64,000 nt of DNA from Blasia pusilla (Eukaryota). Location of the stretch: positions 47,368,001-47,432,000 of the forward strand of contig CM114271.1 in the NCBI GenBank assembly GCA_050084515.1, given 5' to 3'. The notes beneath the pieces are model-generated. The model was given only the letters and a program-made list of their open reading frames with translations, searched no databases and had not been told where the DNA came from. A program made the translations under genes and the position numbers. This document shows, piece after piece, positions 1 through 12,876 of the stretch (position 1 is its first letter; the number at the start of each line of letters is the position of its first letter).

Positions 1-2248
1 ACGTGCAGAGGCACCCAGAGAGCGGCCGTGTTCGTAGACGGTAGAAGCGGTTGGCGTTATGCACACAGCAGAACACCGCCAGCTTTGATTCTCCACAACC
101 TAACTCCCCTCCTCTCGCCTCGCTCTTCCACCACCGCACCGAATGTTTCTCTCACGCTCACAGCATTCCCCTCCCCACTCCTCCCCTCGCGTTTCGACTG
201 CTACGTCCTCCTCTCGGGGGTTGCGCGCGACGCGATGCAATGTTCTGCGAACTCCGCACTGGATCGATTGAAAGCAGGGCATTCGTGCTCCGCTCGCTCA
301 GAGTAACCAAAGCCCATAGCTGTCTAACGGTCGAATTTCATGACGATGGGCGCTTCAACGGACCGGAGCCAGGAAAAGGCACTCGAGAGGCCGGAATCCT
401 GGCATGCACGTTTGAATCAAAGGCGGTCCGCTCTCGGGTCCTCGGTAGTATTCCTCGCATGGGCGACCTGACCGTTACATGTCAGGCATGGCCTTTCCAG
501 TCCAAGGGCGGAATGCCCAGACTGGCTTCCCATGCAGGTGAGGGCCGCGCTCTGTCGCAAGCGCCGGACGGCTTCGGACCGTTCCCTGTCCCGGAAGGAG
601 TCGTTAGGAGTCTAGTACGAGACGGGGGGTCGAGTAACCCGCTCACCGCGCACTGGTAGTTTGTCAGGATCTTGGTAATCGCTATATCCCTAGCTAACTA
701 TAGCGCCAGATAGCTCTTCATATAGTGGTTCTCGAATGAACTAATTATCCCACATATTTTCGCAATGAAACACTAGTTACTTGTGCGAAAATGATTTTTT
801 CATATTTTAGAAATCTTTTTCCTTTCAAAATTTAAATATATTTTATAAATTTTTAAATTTTAAAAAAAAAAAAAAAAGTCACAATAATTATTTTTCCCCT
901 TTATTTTTTCCCCAATAATTAAATTTTTAGTTAATTTTAATTAATTAAATCATTTCTTTTTTCCATTCAAATTCATTCTTTCACCCAAATTTTTTCACAA
1001 GAAACAAAAATGTTTGAAGAGTTTTTGTTAGTGAGGGCATTAATGATGTTGCACACCCTAAACTTTCTGCCCATAACATGTGAAACATTTTTTTTTCCGA
1101 TTATCACATGTCAAAAAGGATTTTAAAAAATATGTCAATAATAGTTTTTTAATTTATATTTCAAATTTTCAAATTTTATTTAATTTTAAATTTTAAAGAT
1201 AATTTCCACTTTTTAAATCTTAAAAGAGTAAGAAAATTTCACCTTTAAATAACACCCATCTCCCCTAAATAATTTCAATCCTCCGTTAAAGCTCAAACAA
1301 TGACTATTCTTCCCCTTCCACTCTTCCCACCAAAATAACATTCACCAACCAAAATTTTAGCTAATTTTAGTTTCAAAAATCCATTTTCTTTCCCAAAATA
1401 TCATACGTGAATTAATAAGATTTTTTTAATTATTATATTATTTATTCCAAATTTTAAATATGATTTCTATTTTCTAAAATCTTAGAAGAGTAATAACATT
1501 TCACTTTTCTTCATAATTACAATCCTCCATTCAAATTTAAAACATTTTTGTCCCAAAACACTAAGTAATTTTATCTTTCCATAAAATTTAAACAAAATTA
1601 ATCCTCTATTAAATTTTTATTTCTTTTTTCCATCAAATATGAATTGAGGTAAAAAATTCTAAAATTTTGGTTATTTATCAGATTTATTTTATTTTTGTAA
1701 TATTTCTAATCACCCATTATGATATTAAATTAATTATTAATTGATTAATATTTATTCGGCTCAAATTCCTATTATCCCTTTGTTCGATTTCTAACCATCT
1801 AACGAGGCTAAGGAAACAAAATGCAAGGATGTTGCCTATTTTGTCTTATTCTCCCGCTATCTTGTTGTATTATACATATGTGGTCACCAATTATTTTATA
1901 TATATATAGTGGAAAATAAAACTATAACATATTTTCATCGTATATTTTATAATTTTAAATATATAGGTATTGTACCTTCTTCTTCCAATTTCAAAATTAA
2001 GTTTTTAATATAAAATTAATTTACATTATTATTATTTGTATTACCTCTTCTCTATGGTAAATTCTAGATGGTTTCCGAATGTTCTTTGATACACATTTTT
2101 TTCTCTTTGCTTATGAACTCATAAGATTTCCATTTAAAACTTTTCCATGTGCCAAATATTTCCATGTGTCAAACTTTTCCATGTGTCACATATGGGTGTA
2201 TGTGATTGGGACTTTGGGAGTCCCAATCACATACACGCATAGAATAGT

Positions 2249-3698
2249 TGTCGTGCTCACACAAATCATTACACAATCCACATCGCCGTTCACGTCCATT
2301 CAACACCAATCTTCCCAACACACGAGTAGATCCACGCACATATTTAAATGAACTCATGCATTTTCACCAAGACCACACAACACAATCAAAGTAAAAAAAA
2401 CTCAAAGAGTTAATTCCACATGCAGACGTTATCGGGTGATCCCTAACTTGGTCAACAGGTCACTTGGCCAAAAATAGCAAAAGAGGAAAATTGTAGAAAA
2501 TGAGGCTCACGACACGGTGGACCTGTCAACCTCATCTAACACCTCAAGACAAAGTTACACCCAAACAACCGACTAACCCTCTATGGCGTCGACACACGTA
2601 GAATGACATACCTAGCCATTGGCTAACTAAGATGTGACAATTATAGTGCACATACACATCGCTACATGATCCACATCGCTGGTCATATCCACACAACACA
2701 CAATAGCAATCTTCCAACACACAGGTAGATCCACATACATATAAAAATGAATTGCATTGAAAAGAGGGGCTAAACACTAAATATGCCACCCTCTAGAACA
2801 ACCATCACACACCAACCTACACCTCACGCCTATAGGTACCACTGCCAAGCTCTTATCTACTATTGCGTCCATGTTCGAAAGATGACATGCTCCACAGTTG
2901 CACACATCATTCTTCTAAACCATAACATCCCATCCCTCCCACATAAGAACTCTAATTGGTAACACCTTGCACACATGCAAAATCGTGTGTCTTGTAGTGA
3001 CATCTATCGTCATGAATGCCGCTTGCTCTTAGTACAAAAATCTCTAGGATGGAACCTCCTAATCTGTAAACAATAACCTCCTCCAAAAATTTTCGTGTAT
3101 CTTAATGTATCCATATATTGAGAAATAGCTAAGTTCTCAAATGCCATGGTCATAACTCTACAAAAAATCTCTGTCATCTTAGAACATACTTGCACCATAT
3201 TCACGTCATCAAGATCCAACACCTCCACCACATCATGCTAAATAGTTGCAAGTAAGTTCAGCTCTATCCCATACAGAAAAACGGATGATGACAATGACGC
3301 CAAGAATGCTTGCCAATTGAAGCAATACCTCGTAGCCAACCATGGCAACTATAGGCCGGTTCCACTCCCTCAAATGTCCACGCTGCAAGCAATGCTTAGG
3401 TAACCCTCTCTTCACCATTTGTAATACTCTCTCCACGAACCCATCGGCCTCATGATAATCTCAAGATGTATTGTAGTGATCTATAAATGCCTAATCAAAC
3501 ATGGCCTAATACTCTTCCATGAACTCAATACCCTGGTCAATCAACACCTCCATTAGTGCCAGACTCAAGGATAAATCATTCCAATTCAAACCACCTCTCG
3601 AAGGTACAAGAATGACTAAATATAAGATCTAGAAATGCAGAAGCTGCTCCCTCACTCGCCTTGTTTGATAGTGCCACCAACTCTATCCACTTGGAAAA
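2249..3698 (-). mobile_element. Degenerate 3' part (integrase, truncated C-terminus, putative LTR 2249-2639) of the DNMT/PHD Ty3/gypsy family (copy 1)
   Basis: ORF fragments 3233-3436 (ERVLQMVKRGL) and 3010-3231 (MAFENLAISQYMDTLRY...IRRFH) align by eye with integrase 31700-32110 (ERVVQTVKRAL; TAFENLAIAQHRDTLPY...IRRFH). Terminal segment reads TGTCAC...CACGACA on the minus strand. Confidence 0.8.
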
Positions 3699-3960
3699 GT
3701 GATGCCACGACTATCTCGCACTATTCTAAGAGTGCGAGATATTTTACCTTCAAAAGTCCTCATTTTAGAGGATCATGATGGTACTATTTGGAAAAATCAT
3801 ATGTGTAATTATGCGCCATATCATCTTCAGAACGATGATGGGAGTATTGATCCGAGCTTGGCAGTTGTTCCTACAAGCTTGAGATGCATGTTGTGTGGAT
3901 CTATCAAAAGATCAGCGTGGATGCTAGTATGTGATGGGTGTTCTCGAGGATGGCATATGT
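3699..3960 (+). pseudogene. Integrase C-terminus and first half of PHD finger of the same family (copy 2, left part; continues at 35516)
   Basis: RTILRVRDIL...LRCMLCGSIKRSAWMLVCDGCSRGWHM matches 32165-32410. It is cut by an LTR starting TGTCGCGACC at 3961. Confidence 0.85.
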
Positions 3961-4038
3961 TGTCGCGACCCTCATAATGAAACAAACTCCAAGCGGACTA
4001 AACGTGAACCAAGACTTGAGATGAGTTGAGTCTAGCAA

Positions 4039-4964
4039 TGTCGCGCCCCTACTCTCCTTGAACGTTAGTCTTTATTGTTGCGGAAGCGTACGTTCAGTAG
4101 GACACGATCTCATCGCCGATCTGCACCCAAACACGCACTCTCGTTAGTCGGGTCTGGGCCAACCAGCATTCCAACCCACCGAGTTCTCAACTCGGCGTCT
4201 CATCAAGCTCAACCCACCTTCAATACTTGGAACAAACTTCCTGATTAGTCTAGGAACCTAAAATGGCACTTGCGCGCCTAACGATCCCAATTGTTCAACG
4301 GACCTCGTGTGAGTTCCAAACCGAGACCCAAGTAATTGAGTTGTGGGGTGAAATCCAAGAGGGATGTCTAAAATCGCCTCTATAGACTTGGTTCAGGTTT
4401 TCCAACCCAACCCCAAACTCTCGGTCCATTCCATGCCCTTGAACCGCCTCGTGGCGCCCAAAGTGGGGTTCGAGTTCCAAGCACTCTCAAGATCTTCTGG
4501 GTTTCTCCAATAACCCCCCTCCCCCTTTTGGCAAAGGAGGGTCAGGCCCTTCGTTGTGGCCCTTCGACTCTACTCGTTTCGGTTGTTTTCCATAGAGATC
4601 TTTAATGCGTTTGAACTGTCTTTCCATAAGTCTTCCAACGCATCCTTGTTCGATCCAAACATATCTTGGCGCTAAAAGTTATGGCCATAAATACATTCAG
4701 AAACTCTCAAAAGCTAGAGGCGTTCCAAATCCGGATTCTTCCTTTGGCAACCCACTTCCTAGACTCAACTCCTTTCAAGTCTTGTTCCGCGTTTGGTCCA
4801 GGTTTCTCAGTCGCGACCATAACATCTGAAACGCGAAGCCTTGCTTGCGTCTAGTCTCTTGTCTCTTCTTCGAGACCACTCCAACACGCAAACCATCTAA
4901 GCGTGAGCCCGCTAATGTTCCGATGTTCCGCTTTGGCACTCGTTTGGTCATGAGGGTCGCGACA
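4039..4964 (-). repeat. Full-length inverted copy of the chromovirus LTR ('LTR-A')
   Basis: Reverse complement of the reconstructed 3' LTR (10078-10531 + 11710-11838 + 24321-24715). Ends TGTCGCGCCCC...GGTCGCGACA. Confidence 0.9.
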
Positions 4965-5140
4965 CTCAGCTTGATGAGACGCCGAGTTGAGAACTTGGTG
5001 GGTTGGAACGCTGGTTGGCCAAGACCTGACTAACGAGAGTGCGTGTTTGGTTGCAGATCGACGATGAGATCGTGTCCTACTGAACGTACGCTTCCGCAAC
5101 AATAAAGACTGACGTTTAAGGAGAGTAGGGGCGCGACAAG

Positions 5141-5152
5141 TGGTATCAGAGC
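5141..5152 (+). promoter_or_regulatory. Primer-binding site (tRNA-iMet type); second copy at 5445-5456
   Basis: TGGTATCAGAGC two bases after the LTR-terminal CA at both positions. Confidence 0.9.
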
Positions 5153-5559
5153 TAATCCTTGGTGAGCGATAACTTGGGGTTTTGTGAAACCGGACTCTTG
5201 GGAAAACTCAAGGTAGCGGCTAGACTCATACGCTCCAGGAGAGACGCAAGAAACGAGGAGGAGATGTGAGTGAGTTGGCTTGAAAATGGCGATTGAGGGA
5301 GAACAACCCAAGAAGCATCGAATCAAGCGACATGAATCAAGAGTGCGTGTTTGGGTGTAGATTGGTGATGAGATCATGTCCTAGTGAACGTACACTTCCG
5401 CAACAATAAAGACTGATGTTCAAGGAGAGTAGGGGCGCGACAAGTGGTATCAGAGCAGATGTCCTAGCAAAGCAAGCAGATCGCAGAGTTAGAGGCCACT
5501 CGAACTCTGGGTGCGGGCAAAAAGCTCTGCAAGACAAACCTGCCCACGCCATTCACTCG

Positions 5560-8500
5560 AGTGGGGCGCTCGCGGAAAGTGAAGGATTTTCTTACGGAAC
5601 TGGAACTATACTCCGAGGCGCAGAGGGAAGTTGAGCAAGACAAGTGTACGGTAGCCGTTACTTTCCTGAAAGATCATGCGCTACAATGGTGGACAGCTCA
5701 ATGAGAGGAATATCTGGCCGGCGAGTCACCTCAGAGTTGGGAGGAGTTTAAGGTGTTGATTGGTGATCGATTCACTCCAGAGTACCAAGGGTTGCGCGAC
5801 ACGGTGGAATGCGTGCGGATGCAGCAAAGTGGTTCCTTATGCGCATATGTGAGGGAGTTTAGTGCAAAACGGAGTTCTCTTCCAAAGATGGATGAGCACG
5901 CAAAGATGGCTATCTTCATTAGTGGACTCAAGCCAAGCGCTGAAAAGGCCCTTTACCGAATGTCGACGTTGCCAGATACCTGCGCGGATCTTCTGAAGCT
6001 AGCGGAGCGGATTGGGGATGATGAAGTCCAAACCCAGAAACCCTTTGAGGCAAAAGGTTTTTCGAAGAGGTCAAAAAATAAGGAGACATTCAAAAGAGTT
6101 TGGAGTGGAGGCCTGCACGATCCAAGAGAGTCGTCTCCCCCGACAGCAAAACGAGTGGAACTTCATGCAAAGCCGAGAGGAGGACAACACTCGAAGTCAG
6201 GGAACGGCAAAGTCATATGCTACAATTGTGGCTAACCCGGGCACCTGGCAAAAGTGTGTTTGAAACCGAAGGTTAGTAATGGGAGTATGATTGCATTTGC
6301 TGCTAAGCATCTGTTGGCGGGTGATCTCGAGACGTCCCTTCAGGTCACCAAGAGGACGCACAATTTGGTGTACCTAAGATCCAAGATTGTTGATCGTGAT
6401 GTATTGTTGCTCGTGGATACAGGTGCTTTGCACTCCTTCCTAAGCCCTAGAATTGTGAAGGAACTGGGGTTGTCTACCTCTAAGGCGGATGAACCCATTC
6501 AAGTAGGATTTGCAGGAGGCAAGTCTCATCGGACTTCTGAGTTGGTCTTGGGGTTGACCGTAGGATACGGGGTATTCGAGTTGAAGGAGAATTTCACTGT
6601 GTGCGAAATGGATGGCATTGACGGAGTCTTGGGGAATACATTCCTAGATGCGTATGAGGTGGAGTTAAGACGTAGACCCTTGAGGTTGAGCGTCTTGCTA
6701 AAAGGCAAACGGTTGCAGGTGGGGTTGGTCCTTGAGGTTCCGACGAAAAAGGAGTTAGTGAACTCGATTACATGGAGAAGCATGACCGAGTTGGAGAATG
6801 GGTTTCTCTCCTTGTTGAGACAAGTGGAGGAGGCTACAAGCAGAATACGCAGAGATCAAGACATTGCTTCAAGGGGAATCCCACAACCACTCCAAGAAGT
6901 GGTCAAGGAGTTTGAGGATGTCTTGGCAAATGAGCTTCCGACTGAGTTGCCGCCACATAGAGCCGTCAACCATAAGATAGAGATCATACTTGGTTCCCAA
7001 CCACCTTCAAAAGCACCATATAGGTTGAATCAGGAGGAACTTCTTGAGTTGAAAAGGCAGTTAAGTGAGCTCTTGGAAAAGGGTTACATTAGGACTAGCA
7101 AGTCACCTTATGGAGCACCAGTTCTTTTTGTGAAGAAGAAGGATGGAAAGATGAGGCTATGTGTTGATTACCGTGCGCTAAATAAAGTGACGGTTCGGAA
7201 CAATTATCCTCTTCCGAGGATAGATGATCTCTTTGATAGGTTGGCAGGCGCGAGATATTTCAATTGGATTGACTTGAAGTCAGGATATTACCAGATCCGG
7301 ATTGCCGAGGCAGATGTGGAGAAGACTACGTGAAGGACAAGATACGGTTCCTTTGAGTTTGTAGTGATGCCTTTCGGCCTGTGTAATGCGCCTCCGACGT
7401 TCACCACATTGATGAACTCCATTTTTCACAAGGAAATGGATGAGTATGTTATTATCTATATTGATGACATACTTATCTATTCGAAGTTCCGAGAGGAGCA
7501 CGTTCGACATGTGAGAGCGGTTTTGTCAAAGCTAAGGGCGAATCAGCTGTATGCGAATGTAGAGAAGAGTGAATTCGGGTTGAGCAAGATCAAATTCTTG
7601 GGTCACGTGGTTAGCGCAAATGGCATCATTCCGGACATAGAGAAGGTGAAAGAGATTTTTTTCGAGTGGGAACCCCCATCCACCATAAAGGGGATGAGGA
7701 GGTTCATAGGTGCGGTGCAATTCTATCGCACTTATGTGAAAAACTTTTCGGGAATTATGAGACCTCTCATGCATTGGACAACAAAGTTTGCCAACACGAC
7801 TTGGACCCAGGAAGTTAATGAGGCATTCAACCGAGTGAAGCAAATTCTATCGCAGGAACCAGTATTGAAGCTGCCGGAGTTTGACAAACCTTTCGAAGTG
7901 CATACCGATGCTAGTGATTTCGCGGTTGCAGGAATGTTGGTGAAGGGAGACCTATAGCATACGAGAGCAAGAAGCTTAGCAATAATGAAAGGAGATGGCC
8001 CACTCACGAGAAAGAGTTGTTCGCGGTGGTCCATTGCTTGAGGAAGTGGCGGCATTATTTAGGGCTCCATAGGACTCGAGTATTCACCGATAATATGTCA
8101 CTCAAGTATTTTGAGACCCAGGATCGAGTGACACCAAAACAATTGCGATGGCATGATACCTTGGCGGAGATGGATGTTGAGTTGATTCACAAGCCAGGTA
8201 AAGATAATGTGATTCCAGATGCGTTGAGTCGCAAGGAGGAACACATACCATCGATGACACAGGTCTTGAGAGCAATGTTCCCTAAAGAAACAGACCTGGA
8301 AAGAAGGATTCGTGAAGGATATATGAAGGACGCTCACGCAGGGGAGTACCTCAGGAAGTTGAAGCAAGGTGAGAAAGTGGCCAACATAAGTTTGAGGCAC
8401 GGTTTACTAAGGTTCAAGCAGAGTAGGATCTATGTGGGGCAAGGCAGGATGCAAACCAAAGTGTTAGCAAAGTGTCACGACGGACCCTTGGCAGGACATA

Positions 8501-9388
8501 AAGGAGAGAAATCTACGCTGGCTGTTCTGTCGAAGTGTTTTTTTTGGCCCAACATGAAAGAGGATGTTGCTCAATATGTGAAGATCTGTGTGACCTACCA
8601 AGCAAACAGAGTTTCTTATGATAAGAAACAAGGCTTGCTGCATCCCTTTCCGATCCCAAAAGGACCCTTGCAAAGTGTGAGTATGGATTTCATCACGAGT
8701 CTTCCGGAATCTGAGGGATACAACGCTATACTTGTGGTTGTTGATCGGTTTAGCAAGTTGGCGAGATTCGTGCCGACGGTGGATTCCGCAACGGCTTATA
8801 CGACATCGCAATTGTTTTGGATAATTGGTGGCGTGCTCACGGTTTTCCGAGGAGCATTGTTTCAGATTGGGATCCAAAGTTTACCAGTGCTTTCTGGAAG
8901 CACTTGTTTAGGAGGTTTAAGACCAAGCTGAGTTTGAGTACAGCTTTCCACCCACAGACTGATGGACAGACTGAAAAGGTAAACTCAATCATGAATCAAG
9001 TTTAAGGAATTATGTCGGTCTTTGATCAACGAGATTGGGTCAAGTGGCTAAGCATGGCGGAGTACTGCTACAACTCGACCAAGCATTCTGCAACTGGAGA
9101 ATCTTTGTTTCTCCTGGAAAATGGACGAGAGCCAGAAGGGCCTCTTGACCTAGCCCTTTGGAGCGGAGACAGGTGGTGAGACCGCACCCGGTGATCATAA
9201 ATGAAGAGCCGGAGTTTGAGGTGGAGACCATCTTACGTTCGAGGCGTCGGGCCAACAAGTACAAATACTTGGTTAAATGGAAGGGCTACCATGTGAAGGA
9301 GGGGACTTGGATTACGGAGGCGGATTTGAAACACGCGCAAGTGTTGTTGCAATACTTCAAGCGAACGCAAGCAAAGCACATAAGTTAG
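5560..9388 (+). pseudogene. Chromovirus gag-pol with premature stops and frameshifts
   Basis: Gag (FLKDHALQWW; knuckle [13 protein letters not shown]), protease LVDTGA, RT ([18 protein letters not shown]), RNase H (VHTDASDFAV), integrase ([30 protein letters not shown]) and chromodomain (EFEVETIL...YLVKWKGY...TW, 9158-9388). Confidence 0.93.
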
Positions 9389-10531
9389 TATGAGGAGAAG
9401 CTAGAGACATGACTTGTACCCATTGGAATCTTCAGCCAAAGGCCGTTGTAACTAGAATATGCTAGTGTTGCAATAAAGGAGTGTATGGATTTGGAGATTC
9501 GATGCCAGAGTTGATTGCAATTTGTATGTGGTAGTGCATGGCTAAGAGTCGTTCATCATAAGCTTAGGATGTAAGTCAAGAGGACAGACAAGGAGTATTT
9601 GAGGTGAGAGCTCGTATGTGGATAAGCACCTACAACAGGACCTTGTGTTGGATTACAATCAGGCTCGCCCTAGCGTCGGCCGGGTAGATGAATCTGTCTT
9701 GGGGCTTGGGGTGATCTTACTTGTGGCTACATAAGTAAACTTAGTGACGCACCTAAGTCGAATGCGAGAGCGACCCAATAATAGTACGATTTGTAGACCA
9801 GGTAAACAAGTGTGATGTTTACAAGAGTGAGCCAGAAGAGTCTAAGGTTGCACACTTAGTTAGCTTATTTGATAGGTTAGTTCTTTGGAACCAGTCTAGG
9901 CTTATCAAAGAGGAGAGGCTAATAATTCTAAGTGGTGCTAAGCGACAACTATAGACTAAGAGGAATTGCGGGTTGGCCATCAGAATGCAATTCAATGTCT
10001 AGGGGTAGGCTGCCCAAGAGACTTGACATAACAAAGGTTTGTGTTGATGAGGGCATCAACCTCTAAAGAGGGGTGACTATCGCGACCCTCATGACCAAAC
10101 GAGTGCCAAAGCGGAACATCGGAACATTAGCGGACTCACGCTAAGATGGTTTGCGCGTTGGAGTGGTCTCGAAGAGAGACAAGAGACTAGCCGCAAGCGA
10201 GGCTTCACGTTTCGGATGTTATGGTCGCGATTGGGAATCCTGGACCAAACGCGGAACAAGACTTGAAAGGAGTTGAGTCTAGGAAGTGGGTTGCCAAAGG
10301 AAGAATCCGGATTTGGAATGCCTCTAGCTTTTGAGAGTTTTTGAATGTATTTATGGCCATAACTTTTAGCGCCAAGATATGTTTGGATTGAACAAGGATG
10401 CGTTGGAAGACTTATGGAAAGACCGTTCAAATGCACTAAAGATCTCTGCAAACGCATAAGCAGCGGCTGAGAAACAACCCGGAAACGACTATAAGTAGAG
10501 TCTAGTTGAGGGCCACAACGAAGGGCCCGAC

Positions 10532-11704
10532 TGTCCGGGGATAGTAAACAGAGTTCTTGCAAACCACAGCGGAAAACACAAAACACCAAAAACTTCAAAT
10601 GCGCGGGTGGGGATTTTCTCTTATCCTACGTCTGGTCGAGGTTTCCTGCAATCCCACGTTTGGTCTAGGTTTTGCAATCCCACGTGTGGTCTAGGTTTCC
10701 TGCACTCCACCGCGACGCCACTAATCCTGCTGATTAGCTCCGGCGTTCCTTCACTCCAATCTCTCTCTGTCCAGCTGGTAAATCCAATGGGGCTCAGTCT
10801 TCCTGTTGGGAAGTGGAACCCACGACTCAGCTGTGTCACCAAACTCAATGCCGACCCCAAGACTCAACTCATGCTCTCTCTCGATCCTGACTCGCACTGA
10901 AACACGGACACGAACTTAACTCGAAACTCGACACTCTTCCCAGACCCCCTCTGCTTCCGATCAGAACGCTGGGAGCTCCAATTGAGCTCTGCAAGCCTGC
11001 AACCACACACCAAAAGCGTCTGCTTCTCTAGATTCTAACGCAACTGAGATCTCCCTAAACGCCCTGCGTTTGGTACCTCATATTGCCTTTATAGTGACTC
11101 AGACTACGGCTCAACCCTAGGCCGCGTCGCGGCGTTCCGGCTCCTCACGCTCGGACGTGCAATCCATTTCTCGTGTTTGGGTACGGCTAGTACTGGCGAC
11201 GTTTCAGCTGCCTGGTCCGTGATCCGCACGGCGTCTCTTGGGGTTTCCGTGTTTCGTGACTCGACTACTTGGATCTAGGTTTGCCGCAGCCTTTGGCGGC
11301 GTTTCCGGTGGCGGGGTGAGTTAGCGCCTTGCTAACTCATTTTGGGCCGTCGCTAACTCGAGTTAGCGACGATTCTCCCAACTAATTCTGAAACTTCTCA
11401 GACTCGAGTTTCTCCCCTAGACTCACCACGGCTAGTCCTCAACTCTGATTTCTCACCAGGTTCCCTTCCAACCTAGACCTTTGGTGACTCGAAACCTGGA
11501 TCACTGTCTCGTCTAAACCTGGACCTGTGTCTTGTCTAAACCTGGACCTTTGGCGACTCATGTTTGGTGAGTGCTGGTGTTCACTTGGGGTTTCCTCCTG
11601 TCGTCATAGCCCGACTCTCAGTTACGAAGTTACTTGGCGCGCGCGCCTCGCGCATGTTTGACGTTTGGGTGGCGTTTGGCGATTCTCCAGAATCTCCGGC
11701 TACA
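10532..11704. mobile_element. Solo LTR of an unrelated family inserted in LTR-A
   Basis: Starts TGT, ends ACA, flanked by CCGAC (10527-10531 and 11705-11709). The uninterrupted site is visible in the inverted LTR at ~4535-4560. Confidence 0.85.
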
Positions 11705-12876
11705 CCGACCCTCCTTTGCCAAAAGGGGGGAGGGGGGTTTATTGGAGAACCCCAGAAGTACTAGTAAGAGGGAAGGTCTCCGAGAGTGCTTGGAACTCGA
11801 ATCCCACTTTGGGCGCCACGGGGCGGCTCAAGGGCATGCACTAGAAGAAATCCCTGGTTTTATGACTAGGTTATATGACTCATATGAGTCATATTTTACA
11901 TACCACGACTAACAATGACTAACGACTACTTTAGACACAAAAGCCAAGTCATATTTGTTTGGCGACTAGGCTAACTAGGATGGTTAGCTTAGGTGGAGGT
12001 TGGTATATGACTAGAGGGTGTAGTCATGAGGCCATGACTAACACGTCACTCAGATGACGTGGAATAATGACACATCATCAATGACATGGACTATTTAGTG
12101 TGATGTGTCACTGATGACATGGACTATTGCTGTGACATGTCACTCATGATGTGGACTTGAGTACGACTCGTCTAGTCATATGTGTATATTTTTCTAGTTA
12201 CCACCAACGACTCCTTTAGTCATGGTTGGTGTGCAAAATTTCAGGATATCCTATCAAAATGCACCAAGTATACTCCATTGAGTTATAATTGGCAACTCAT
12301 GTAGTCATTTTATTTTATTGAAATGTTGGTATGGACTCATGTAGTCATGTACTATGACTAGAAGAATAGAGTTACATGACTACTATAAAAGAGGACACAA
12401 TTGGTTTAGTCGTGAAGATATGACTATATGAGTAGCGGAAATTATATAGCCATTGCAACAGAACTGCATGAGTCATACAATTATGACTAGAGAGAACTTG
12501 AAGCTTACTACTTTAGTTTTTGAAGAATACTGTGCAAGTTATATTGATATGACTAGTGGGAATATAAATTTTTGATATTTTGGAATATTTATTATGCCTT
12601 TTGAACGGTGCAAGAATGAATGGATCTGAATTATTGAAATCCTCTTTTGAAAACAGATTTTGAGGGGTGGAATGTCACTTAAGAGTAGCTTCCATACACC
12701 AAATTACAAAATTAATCATTATTACATAGGGTTATCATTCAAAAATAGATAAAAATACAAATATAAAATATAATAGGGTTTATGATCTCATCTTGAAAGA
12801 GCAAGAGAGATTATGTCATCCATGAAAACAAAGTTATTGCACCTTAGATAGTTGGGTGCCAAAAGAAAAGACTACT

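Noticed and set aside
28-659. GC-rich ORFs of 92 and 202 aa at the window start
   Set aside because: No recognisable domain and non-ATG starts. More likely promoter or UTR sequence of a gene outside the window.
10089-10598. 169-aa ORF with similar ORFs at 4605-4829 and 34412-34828
   Set aside because: They recur only because they lie in LTR copies, and their frames are not conserved.
10625-12160. Short repeated units as a possible CRISPR-like array
   Set aside because: Degenerate tandem repeats without unique spacers, inside an LTR and a CACTA subterminus of a eukaryotic locus.
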